A stretch of 64,000 bases of DNA from Parasitella parasitica NRRL 2501 (Eukaryota; Fungi; Mucoromycota). Positions 37,223 to 49,617 of the stretch are shown here, piece by piece (position 1 is the first letter of the stretch; each line of letters starts with the position of its first letter). Where the stretch lies: assembly GCA_025201805.1 (NCBI GenBank), contig MU619254.1, forward strand, positions 1 through 64,000. The letters run 5' to 3'. Made by a program: the position numbers and the translations under genes. Under the pieces are notes generated by a model, which saw only the letters and a list, made by a program, of their open reading frames with translations, was not told the DNA's origin and made no database searches.

Positions 37223-38520
37223 ATGTCAGCTACGTTGAGCCCCATAACAAATTTTTGGGGTGAAGTGTGAGTAAAATAATGGCAGTGAAGATGTATAGAA
37301 CTAATATTGTTTGAATAAACGATAGTACGTCTACCATTGACTGGTGTGAAGTGAGTACATTGTGACAAATAATTCTAATGATTTGCCAACATGTAAAGAT
37401 TAGGAAAACTATACTGTAAGCCCATATTTAGCTGAATTTTGGAATACGATTACAAATTTAGGTTTTGGTAAGTAAAAAAAAAGAGTCGCACAAACCTCTG
37501 TGTGTCCTTGGTCATTGACAATCGTTGTGTGCGTGGCAGTATTCTTCTCTTTGTTTGGGATTTACAATGTTCTAAAAAATGGGTCGAGCAAGATCTTCAT
37601 CCTCGCTTATTTAGGAGTTGCATTTGTGGGCTTTGGGTCGTATGTGGCTTAAATGGATATGCCAAGAACAACATACTAATGTTATATATCTATAGATGGT
37701 GTTTCCATATGACACTTCAATATGAAATGCAGTTATTAGACGAATTGCCTAGTAAGTTCTTGTCGCAAGTGATGCACATGCATTTAATACGGCCTTTGTA
37801 GTGATCTATGTCGCCAGTATCGTAATGTGGCTCACGTAAGTTCCTCCCTTCTCGACCCAAGTGGAAAACTGAACATGCTATGATCAGATTTGTCGCAGAT
37901 CCTAAAAATGAAAACACCTTAAAGGTCCCGATTACGTTAACTGTATATTCTGCCGTGGTTACTTGGTCGTACCTCATCATCAACAACCCAATTTTTCATC
38001 AAGTTTCATATGCCATCCTTGTCATTGGCGTTGTTTTTAGAGCCATCAAACTATTCAACAATGTGCCTAAATCGTACATCTACGAAGTGTCTAGAATGCA
38101 ATGTCTACTTTGGATGTCTGCTATGGGATTCGTCGTAGCTTTTATTCTTTGGAATATCGATAACCAATTCTGTAGCAATCTAAGATCATGGAGAAGGGCT
38201 GTTCCGTTTTTAGTTGGTGCTGTTAGCGAGGTAAGAGCATATGACATGTCTTTTTACATGTCGTCTTGACCATCTATTTATAGCTACATGGATGGTGGCA
38301 CATCGGAACTGGTAAGATATTATTGGTTATGGTGTAGAGTGCATAATTAACATGTAATTTTGCCATAGGGTTGGGCGTATATTACTTTATCGTATTTTGC
38401 GAATGGATTCAGCCTACATTGGCATCTAATAATAGAAAGGCCTTCAGATTGCACTGGGCTGGTCCTCTTTGTTATTTAAGAGTTGTTGGCACTACTCATA
38501 GTACTAATAAAAAGGAATAA
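37223..38520 (+). CDS. Alkaline ceramidase (Ypc1/ACER3 family), multi-exon
   Basis: FWGEVTSTIDWCEENY..YLAEFWNT, FHMTLQYEMQLLDELP, LWNIDNQFC and LHGWWH. Confidence 0.93.
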
Positions 38521-38713
38521 CTGTCTGCACGTGATACATGGGAGGCGCATATTTATATATTCTGGTGCGTGTGCTCTGTTTAACATTTTCAGAAAAAAAG
38601 TGCCTTGCCACCTCCTCTCGCGCTAGCTGGCTCTCCTGATATATAGCGTCCTCTTTTCACCCTCCTTTATTTACACCTTTATCTCTCTCTCTCTCTCACT
38701 CGATATAAAAAAA

Positions 38714-40172
38714 ATGTTGCAACATGGCAGAAATTCATCTTTATCCTCGATCGCAAACTCATTCAATGATACTTGCTCGATTTCCTCCGGCTCGCCAAGA
38801 ACCCCACCTTTAAATTCACCTTATGTTTCTCCAGGGGGATCACCTAGAGACTCATTGAATCAGCAATTTGCCAATAGTATGTCTCTTCAGCCACCTTTAA
38901 TCAACAACAGCAGTAAAAATAGCAATAACACATTTGTCCACAAACTATACAAGTAAGGACACACCTGCATATATCATGTATTCATATAATAACGGTTATT
39001 TTTTAAATAATTTAGCATGGTGGTGGATCATCAATATCAGTATCTAATTGCTTGGAATTATACAGGATCCTCATTTATTGTTTGTAATATCATGGAATTT
39101 TCAAAAGATGTTTTACCAAAGCATTTTAAACATAATAATTTCAGTAGTTTTGTTCGACAGCTCAACATGTACGGCTTTCATAAAGTAAACAAATCGCCAA
39201 GAGGACATCGAACGCTAGCAGAGAACCAAATCTGGGAGTTTTCTCATCCAAAGTTCATCAAAGATCGCCCTGATATCCTAGACGAAATCAAACGCAAATC
39301 ACTGGAAACCGAGAATACTACGAAAAGAGATCATGGCGATATCAACTCTCACATGGCAATGATGCAAGTATCTCAATCTGAAATGATACAACAGTTGGCT
39401 CGGTTGCAAGACAATTTTACCCAAGTTGTACGTGAACTAGCCGAGACAAAAAGTAGGCAAAATAAGCAATACCAAATGTTGAAGAACATGATGGAATTTT
39501 TATCAAGTCGACAGCAACAAGAGTCGCAGAGTAAGTGGTTAAAACAGGCAAATATAGACATTTACTTATATTTAGTTTTTTTTAGTTCAAGTACCACCAG
39601 AGCTTAATATGGGCTTTGACTTGCAACACGAGGAGCGACCACCTTCGATTTTTATAACATCTCACGATACCAATACATTACAAAACACCTATTTTAATCG
39701 CAATACGAATTCGCCATCGCCATCATCACCTAGAGCACCTGTACTCACTGTGCAAACTCATAATTTATCCCCACAATTAGGATTGCCACCTAATAGTCCT
39801 TTAGATCAGCAAAATTCTCCAGCATTAAGTGCATATCATACGGCATTAAATACACCAGTATCCCCTAGTCCTAGTCCATTTATCTCAGATGATGATATTC
39901 CTAGTCTTTATAGTCCACACAGTCCGTTAACGCCAAATACATTTACGATTAATGATGGCTATTACAATACACAACATCAACATCAACATCAACATCAACA
40001 TCAACATCAACAGCAACAGCAACAGCAACAGCAACAACAGCAACAGCAACAGCAGTACTATATTTCGCCTCCCCTTCAACAGCAGCAAGATATAGATATG
40101 ATGGATCAACATTCATTAGGAGGAGGGGTTACATACAATTCATTTACGTTAGGGGTTCAACGAACTAGATAA
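38714..40172 (+). CDS. HSF-type DNA-binding transcription factor
   Basis: NTFVHKLY..M..LIAWN..FSKDVLPKHFKHNNFSSFVRQLNMYGFHK, then a coiled coil and an S/P-rich, HQ/Q-rich tail; introns ~38954-39015 and 39531-39585. Confidence 0.92.
39972..40055 (+). repeat. (CAACAT)n then CAG/CAA repeat encoding (QH)n and poly-Q
   Basis: Visible in exon 3 of the HSF gene. Confidence 0.9.
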
Positions 40173-42423
40173 TCCCACCTTTTCTCTTATTCTTTTTTTT
40201 TAATTATTTATTTCATATATATAAATATATATGTATATTTCTTTATTCTTATACATAAATTTAGCCATGTTTAATAAAAATTGATTCCTCTGAAAAGAGG
40301 AGCTATTAACACTAAGAAAGCATAGATTTATGCCTTTGCATGATTGTATACATGGTGGCCACATATACAAATACAAGGAGGCGTAGATATGCACAAGTGT
40401 CTTGCTTCTACTTTGTAATCCATCAAAATCAGCAATATTTACTATTTTATTCGATTCAATGGCGAGTAACAAAGCTAGTTTGAAAGATGTCCCCATATAT
40501 CATTATAGCCATTAACACTATAGATATTAGGCTATAGCATGTGATACCACAAAAACGGAAAAAAATCGCATAAGAATCAATATGGCTTTTGTGGAGGTGA
40601 AGGAAGGAGTTGGCGATATTCCATGTCAATTTTAAGTGATCCAGAGGGCCTTTGCTTCAAAATAAAATAATTTCTAGTAGCCACAAAATTAGGGCGCAGC
40701 TTAGTCACCACCGTTTTAGGAATTTTTTAGAAGATGTCCCTAATCATGAGGAAAATCTATAAATAATGATCTGACCATGGTACCATTGAGAATGCTTTCT
40801 TGCTATATATTATCTAATAGCGACGTTCAACGATCATAATGTTTGGACTGTAAATGACGCGCCAATTTTTTATATACCTCTGTTTTTTTTATTTCCTCTT
40901 ATTTCTCATATGCCCCACAATATGGTATACGAAAGAAGCAGTTTAATCAATTATTTTAATTTAACCTATACTAAATTCCAGGATTCATAATTTATTGATG
41001 TTAGATCTCACGAAATAAACATTTGCCATAACAAGACCACATATTCTTTACACAGAAACCAACATATCAAAAGTTATCAGCAAAAACAGTTTTATTTTTC
41101 ATAATTTATCATATATATCAGATATTTGCTCATATCTTGTGCTAAAATAATCGTAAAACCGTGATCTAACTTGGAAAACTTAGCATTGACTTGGCGCTAT
41201 TTAGCAGCAACATTGGCATTCATGTTTTTATTGATATTCATAAAGTTATCAGATGATATCACAAATTTTCATAGCGCAATTGTATATAATCGATGATAGG
41301 CTTCGATAAAGAGCAAAATAAACACTGTCTTATGCGCCATAAGTACAGGCATGATCATCGCTATATGAGCATAACTTGCTTTCCACTGGGCGATATTTCT
41401 ATCAAACGTTTTTTTCTTTTCGTATCAGAGTTTGAAATATAACTACGTGCTTTTAGTTTTTCCTGAGTAGTTGGAAACCTTACAAGACGTGTGCTTTTTC
41501 ATTGTTGGTCATCATCGTCAGTAAAACTGATTTCAAATCGGTAGAACCCCATCTGGTAAGACAAACTTTGCATAATTGAATACGCATATTTCAGCAAAGT
41601 GGGATGTTATATGAATGAACTGAAGAAAATCAAATTAATAATCAATAAATGTCAACTGGACAAAGGTATAGATTTTATTAGCAAATCGTCAAGTGGTGTA
41701 TAAAGCTTTAGTTTACCTACTGGCCTGGTAAATGAATCTTCATGTATACTTAAGCTATGGATACATGTTCTACTGCCTTAATTTAACGTGCACGACAATT
41801 ATAATTAATCGGCATCTTTACTTTCGTGCTAAACGACATCTCGGCAAATTGAAAAAATAACTTTGTTCTTTCTGAGTGAGTAGATAGACTTTACGTGAGG
41901 TACCTTGATCAATCTTCGATACGGAAATTATCAATATTCGTTCATAAGCGTGTACCTTTTTAGTATAGTCTTACCTAGTCTATATTAATAGTACATGTTT
42001 GAATGTATATCACTTGGTATTCATCCTAGCATATATTTGTATATGTAGCATGTCTATAGCATGTCTTGAGCATATGTATAGCATTGCATATATCGTACAA
42101 TTCTGTGGTAAACAATGCATCTGTAGCTAGTTGTATCATAGATATAAGAATATATCTTCTAGTGCGTACCTGGAAACTGGGAATACGCATCTGAAGCATA
42201 GATCTTATATGGCATAAGCTTGTAGCACATACTAAATCTAGTAAATGTCTATGGCTCGTGTCGAGATATAAGTTTAAGTCTATAGCGTCATCCATTCTAA
42301 TGGTGCCATCTCTGATCTATATGAATTTAAGGTAACTGGATGAATCTAGAAATGGAACGCAGATCATTATAGTAAATGCATTTCACAAAGTTAATAAAAA
42401 TCTATATTTATTTATCGGAAAGT

Positions 42424-43677
42424 CTATTTCTTATTACTAGTGAGATAAACTGATCCGGTTGCTTTTACATATTGTATAGGTGTAGGGTCTAATTTTTTCT
42501 TGGCAACTAATTCAGAAGCTACACGAAGAAAAGTAACTACGACGTGTTCAGGTATTTGATAGTGAAAAACAATTCTAGTCTCATAATCAGTATCTTTAGA
42601 CATGATAATTCCATGTTGCTTTAATGCGGCTGCTAAAGCATCCACAGTGATTCCAACGGGTGCTGTATTCAGAAATATCATGTTGGTTTCGCAAGGATAA
42701 CTAAGCTCCATATTCAGCTCTTGCAAGCCAGTTGCTAATCGTTTAGTCAATTCGTGTGTTTGTTTCATTGTAGGTACAACTTTGTCAATGCAATGTTGAG
42801 CAGTTATGGCTAGAGATCCTGCTTGTCGCCATCCACCGCCCATCAGCTTGCGAATATGACGAGCTTTAATAATGTTCTGTCTCGATCCTGCCAACATGGA
42901 TCCGATGGGCGCACCAACTCCTTTGGATAAACACACAGATACGGTATCAAAGTATTGGCTATATTCATGCAGTGGAACACCTGTTTCCTCACTAGCATTC
43001 CAGAGACGGGCTCCATCTAAATGCATTTTAATATCTCGAGATATTGTGAATTCACGGATTCGTTTGATTTCGTCTAATGGAATGATGCAACCATTCAGTG
43101 TATTCTCCAAGGCAACCACTTTGGTGACAGGTGAACAAGTTGTGTCCATAATTAAATTCGATTTAATATCTTCTACTGTCAGATGATGCCCATTTCGAGG
43201 TACTACAGGAGAAGCACTGGCTTGTGAATGGTAAGCAAGTCCTCCACATTCATAATTAAAAATATGAGACCGAGCGTCGAGCAAGACTGAGTGAGGAGGC
43301 TGCTGAAGTAAGGTGCGAAGACCTAGCTGGTTGGTCATGCAACCACTGACACAAAACAAAGCTGATTCCTGACCTAAGAGCTTAGCGACATGTGCTTCCA
43401 GTGCATTTACCGAGGTATCTTCCTAATCAACAGATTAATATAAATATTCATCTTTCAAATGATTGCATACACCAAAAACGTCATCTCCCCTGCTGGCAGT
43501 CTTCATTATATCAAACATGTCATCTGTTGGTTCAGTCGCTGTATCACTCGTGATATCATAAAATCGGTTACGCTGATATGGCATGGTTGAAAAATGTCTG
43601 TTGCTTTTATTGCAAAGGGCTATAATATGTGGAGAAATTGATGATATTGATCTTTTAGAAAATGCAGAAATAAGCAT
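42424..43677 (-). CDS. GLY1: Low-specificity L-threonine aldolase
   Basis: DITSDTAT.PT..M, GDDVFG|ED, SGCMTNQL, LENT, HLDGARLWNA and PLP-lysine motif CLSKGVGAPIGS; intron 43423-43470. Confidence 0.93.
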
Positions 43678-44371
43678 CTTGCACTTGTTTATTGGTAAAG
43701 AGAAACTAATATCCCATTTGAGTGACAAAAAATCCTGGGGCATCTACTTTTTTTTCCCTGGCAAAAAGTCACTACATAGCACTTCGATAATTCCCACGGA
43801 AATACCGTAGACAAAAGTTTGTATTCGACACAGAGATTAAAAAAAAACAATGCGTGTATCGAAAATGTATACATTTGATAAGAATTTTTGCATAAATAAT
43901 TAAATAAAAGTAAACATATAAAAAGTACACCATTTCTTCATCAAGTTTTTATCCACCGCTGTTATATTGAATTAGTTGCTAGGCAACAGTAATTCAGGAA
44001 CAAGCAGAATTGAAATCTGCATTGCAACATTTCTACAAACAGCATTGAGACCGCTGCAAATTATTTTGCATACTAGTTTACTGTTAAATAGTTTTTTTTA
44101 ATAGATTGATAAAAGGGAGAGATAGAAAATAGAAACAAAGAGGGAGATCATGATCAATATCACGAGTCTAAATAAGTAAGTGTTTATCTTGATGCTGGGT
44201 TGGTGGTTCATCAAATTTTTCTTTCCTGTTTAGGCAAAAAAGATCAGATGTGTCCTAATGCTGTATTTTAAAAATAACAAGACATTCTTTTTACATATAA
44301 AAATGAGGGGAGATCATTTAACAGATCCTTTCTTCTTATTTCTTTATACATTTTCAACCTTACATTTAAGT

Positions 44372-45569
44372 ATGAGCACAACATTAATTGCGTCTGCAAC
44401 TTGTCCAGTTTTGACGGACGGTACTACAGCTATTCAATGGATATATGTAAGACATTCACATAATATCAAATTGCTTCGTACATACTCATCAAATCTAATC
44501 AATTAGAATATCTTTGGCGATTGCGTTTACGGATGGCAAGAATCAGTTAGCTTACTGTTTGGTTACCTTTCAATATTATGCTGGTTAAACGCACAGATGC
44601 CGTAAGTTTCCAACATGACTAAATCTACGCAATTACCCATACCTTATTTTATATAGCCAAGTGATCAAAAATTACAGGATTCGTGATGCCGACGGGCTCA
44701 GCTTTAGCTTCCTGACGGTCTGGTTAACGGGTAGGTATTTTTGGTATTTACCAATTGAGCTGATTATTAATTACGTTTATACAGGTGATATTGCAAACTT
44801 TGTTGGTTGCGTTATCACAGGCCAGCTTCCATTTCAAATCATTCTGTCTATTTATTTCACAATAATCGATACCATTCTATGCTTCCAGTGGCTTTATTAC
44901 GTCAAATATACAAACAACAGTATCCGTCGCTGGTTCGATGGAGATGATCAAGAATTTAAGTTTTCAGCCGCTTCTAACGGCCCCAACACAAGTAATTCTG
45001 CAGTGGCTGATACAGAAACGCTCTACACCACATACAGTACTGGTGCTAGAGCTAAGGAGATTAACGAACAATCATCGCTTTTGGGCTCTTCTCCTCAACC
45101 CAAGAAATATGCTACTACCATGTTGATGGCATTTTGCTTCTTCAGTTTTGGGAATCTGCCTTCTGCCACTGGTTTATTTTCTGCAAACACATTAGCAGAG
45201 ACGGCCACTGTCGTCATTACATCAACAACAGTAGATGATGGCAACAAGACCATTTGGGTTGGTAGATTCTTTGCTTGGCTTTGCACATTTCTTTACCTTT
45301 CTTCACGTTTACCTCAAATCTATCAAAATTTCCGTCGTCGCTCATGTGAAGGGTTATCAATGTTTCTATTCTTCTTTGCTGCAATGGGAAACCTGACTTA
45401 TGTACTCAGTATCTTTACCAACCCCCACGCCACACGTGCCACCATGTTGGAAGCTGTTCCTTACATCATCGGAAGCGCTGGTACCCTGATTTTTGATGGC
45501 ACTATCTTTGCTCAATATGCATTGTATACAAGCAAGGATACACGACAAACTGAAGCCGTACTTGTCTAG
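44372..45569 (+). CDS. PQ-loop vacuolar cationic amino-acid transporter (Ypq/PQLC2-like)
   Basis: AQMPQVIKNY..ADGLS and SRLPQIYQNFRRRSCEGLS PQ loops; EQSSLL dileucine signal. Confidence 0.92.
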
Positions 45570-45999
45570 AGATTATTGTAAATAATTGTAAATTTTACTC
45601 TTTATTATCTTCTCCTTTATTTTTTCTCCTTTTTTTTTTTTGCAAGTAGACCTTATATACCTATACCTTTTTTTTTCCCTTAATATTTTTACCTCGCACA
45701 AACATATATACCGTACATGTTGTTGACACATTATAAGACGAAGAAATAAATATTTTGAGGGTTTTGCCCTCATGATTTGAAATATTCTCTGTTTTTCAAT
45801 GGTATCACTGAAGCAGGCATCCAAAGCAGATATTACATTTAAAACCTCCTTACTATACCGATGTGAATAAAATTTCAAAGCAGAAAGTGTCAAGACATAG
45901 CTCAAACACTCGCATTTCAACGCATGAAAAACCCTTTTCAAAAAAAAAGAAAAAAAAAAATCGATTGCTTCTAAATATGTTATTTTTGATCGAGTGAAA

Positions 46000-47238
46000 T
46001 TAACGTCTAATTGAGCTACCATTTTTGCGGTACAGAGCTTCCAATTCTGATTGCATCGCCTTAATCTGAGCATGACTCGTCTCCAAGTCCTTATTCAAAC
46101 GATCTCTTTCAGAAACAAGCTTAGTCTCCCATTGACGGAAACGAGTTTCCTCCTTTTTGACCTGTTCAGTAAACTCTTTGCGCAGCGATTCTTCCTTTTC
46201 TCTGTACTTTGGATTCTCTGCCTTCACAGATTTAGCCTCGCCAGATTTACGCGTAGACAACTCAAAGAGACGATAGTTTTCATAGTGCACAAGCTCTGTT
46301 GTTTCGATTATATCCGACATATGAGAGCGAATCAACAAGTGCCTTAGTTTCTTAAAATCGCAATGCTGTTCGTTTTCAACTTCGGCCACGCCCCACGAGT
46401 AAGCACGGCCCTTGACTGTGCGACCATCTACAGTTTGGACATCCTGAATTGAACCAATGACACTGAACGGCATAGCGGATGTAATGGCCTTGTTGGATTG
46501 AGTTACATGTTCGTCATCGCTTTCACTAGGACATTGGTAGACCTTGATGTGATGGTGCTCTATATCATTTCTAATTCGTTGCTTGAATGCTGCGAGGTCT
46601 TTTGGTGTAAGTGTATCTGCCTTGGCAATGACAGGTATTAAATTGACTCTGGATCCCAATCGTTTCATCATTTCTATATCCAAAGGCTTCAAACAGTGTC
46701 CTGTAGGTCTGATAAAGTACAAGCATGCATGCACTCTCATGTCAACTTTGTTGTTTCGATAGGGTTGCTGCTCTTGTCGCATGTAGCGTTCGTGCTGATC
46801 ATCGATGAACTCAGAAATAGGCACCCAGCTATTATGGCTATTCACATAGTCGCCGAAACCAGGCGTATCAATGATGGATAACTTTACTTTGAATTTGTTT
46901 TCCTCGATTTCTGGTTGTTTGCTTTAGCATATTAGATCAAGGAATTCAGGAGGGATGTACAGAGGGATGTACAATACTGAATTACCTGTTTTGGTAATTT
47001 CGATTTCAACTGTTCCACTCAGTTGCTTTCTCTGTCTTTTAGATAGATCTTTGGGATCTTTGAGTGCTGTCGAGAACAATGTGTTGACAAAGGTGGATTT
47101 TCCTGTGCCCGATTCACCGCAGACCATGATGTTAAAGTTGACACCCTTATTAGTGACAATCTTGTGTCTTTGGTTAGGCAGATGAGCTATGCCGATGATG
47201 GGCTGATTACTGTTCGGTAAGGTGACAAAAGGAGGCAT
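46000..47238 (-). CDS. Septin, Cdc12/Spn4/AspC class
   Basis: GIAHLPNQRHKIV, GESGTGKSTF, DTPGFGD, AKAD, GRAYSWG, HCDF and a C-terminal coil LRKEFTEQVKKEETRFRQWE; one intron. Confidence 0.9.
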
Positions 47239-47391
47239 AGTTTATTGATTGAGATGTAAACAAGGAAATAGCAGAGCAAAAGATAAATTTGATATACACA
47301 AGATGAAAGGGCTATTTAAACAAGGAATTGCAATTGGATGGAAATTGGTCATGTAACACAGTTAGTGGCAGGGTATAGAATGCTTGTGCGA

Positions 47392-47655
47392 TTAATACAG
47401 CGATGTTGAAATGAGGTCCTTTTGAATGAAATCATCTGCGCTGTTGTTTGATAGACCAAAGATGGCGACTATCGAGGAGGAGGAGGAGGAAGCATTGGCG
47501 GCAGAGTGATTAGTAATGAAAATGGGATGACTTTTTTTGACGAGTTCCTCGGAAGAGTCTTCCAAAGATATTCGGCTGCTTGTTTGCTGCGAGGATGTGG
47601 AAGGCTTGATTGTATTCACTGAATTGCGTATTCCGTTAAAAATTCTTGAGAACAT
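47392..47655 (-). CDS. Small Ser-rich hypothetical protein (87 aa)
   Basis: Clean ATG in AAAC context, with a TATAAA ~45 nt upstream; MFSRIF...PIFITNHSAANASSSSSS...DDFIQKDLISTSLY*. Confidence 0.55.
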   Translation of the reverse strand: MFSRIFNGIRNSVNTIKPSTSSQQTSSRISLEDSSEELVKKSHPIFITNHSAANASSSSSSIVAIFGLSNNSADDFIQKDLISTSLY

Positions 47656-47965
47656 GTTTTGGATAAAGGTGAAAACGAGTTGATGCAGTTGTACGGTATT
47701 TATACCATTCCAAAAAGTCACGCCATCGTAGAGTAACACCACCATTACTAATCTCCTTCATACATCACTCAGCCAGTGCTTGCTACTGCCGAGAATCGCC
47801 TGCTGGTAGAGTGGGCAGTCCCACAGTAAGGCGCTTTATAACGTAGCTAGTTTGATTTTACGATTGAAACTGCAGTATTTTATTGGTTTGATTAGATCCT
47901 TATTAAGCAATTTTCTTGTTTGAAAACAACATCCAGTATCTTTCCCATCAATCCACCATTATCGC

Positions 47966-49510
47966 ATGCCTTCCAAAAGAGACTCGCCTGTCTTACCTGG
48001 CACATGCGAATCAGTCAACGGTGATGATGACACCTTCACCGCACAAGAAATCACCCAAGAAGATAGCGTAAGCTAACATTGTTACATTTTCCCATTCCTG
48101 CATATACGGTAGTACTAATGCTACTAACAAAAGCTGTTCTATACAGAAGTCGACGAACTCCAGATGCATGGTATCGGAGTAGCAGATATTACCAAACTCA
48201 AGATGGCAGGTGTTTGCACAGTAAGGGTAAGTAATAGCCAACTGCCTGCAATTACACTTTCGTTACAAATGATTCAAGGGCGTCCAAATGATGACCAAGA
48301 AAACTCTCTTGAAAATCAAGGGTTTATCCGAAACAAAGGTGGATAAAATAAAAGAAGCAGCTATTAAAAGCCAAGTATGTTCAAGATATCGAAGGCTTTG
48401 CATGCTGTCTCATGCTCAAACGTAATAGGGCCCTGGCTTTGTCACAGCTAAAGAGATAGCTGTACAAAGGGAAAAGGTTGTCAAAATTTCAACCGGCAGT
48501 AAGCAGCTTGATGTATTACTCGGCGGTAGTGTATGCTTGTTTGCCCCGCAAAAACCTATTAATGCTGCGATGCAACAGGTGGAATCCAAACCATGTCCTT
48601 GACTGAAGTATTCGGGGAGTACAGAACCGGCAAAACTCAATTAGCCCATACGTTATGTGTGCAAGTTCAACTATCCGAAGGCGATGGAGGCGCCAATAGT
48701 AAAGCTGGTGAGCAGTATATATGATGTTGAAAAAAAAAAAAAAAAAAAAGGGTTTCTAAATTACATGCACAATATATAGCATACATTGATACGGAGGGTA
48801 CATTTAGACCTGATCGCATTGTATCTATTGCAGATAGGTTTGGCGTAGATCCTGAAATTGTACTCGATAACATTGTGGTTGCTCGTGCATGGAACAGCGA
48901 TCAACAAATGGACTTGATTAGTGAATTAGCCGCCCACTTTGCTGAGCAAAGAGGTGCTTATCGTCTTTTAGTCATTGACTCCATCATTTCACTCTTTAGA
49001 TGTGATTACTCTGGACGCGGTGAATTGGCCGACAGACAGCAGAAGCTTAATCAGATGCTGAGTCGTTTAACCAAGATATCCGAAGAATACAATATCGCCG
49101 TATTCTTGACTAATCAAGTGTCATCTGATCCAGGAGGTTTGAAGCCTGTGTGTTGAGGAGAGTACCGCACAAATGACTAATGAGCATATGCTTGTATTAA
49201 TATAGGAGGCATGACATTTGTCGCTGACCCAAAAAAGCCTGTTGGTGGACATGTATTGGCAAGTGTGCACAAAAACTTGTATTACAAATTACTAATATTA
49301 CACTTATAGGCTCATGCGTAAGTCTCCATGCAAACCAAATGTGCTTGTAATTATTAATTATGTAAGCTATCTAGTTCTTCGACTCGTGTCTACTTAAGAA
49401 AGGGTAGAGGCGAAGAGAGAGTAGCCAAATTATTCGATTCACCTGATATGCCTGAAAGCGAAGCATCTTATGCCATCAACAGTGGCGGTATCATCGATAT
49501 CACTTTCTGA
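47966..49510 (+). CDS. DMC1: Meiotic recombinase Dmc1, 9 exons
   Basis: [63 protein letters not shown] and [13 protein letters not shown] (Dmc1-type rather than Rad51-type residues). Confidence 0.95.
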
Positions 49511-49617
49511 TCCTACACGTATGATCCTCACATTTGCTATATGATACCCTCAACACAGATGCACATTTGCATATGCTAATATATAATAAACGCCTTTACC
49601 TTTATTCGCCATATAGT

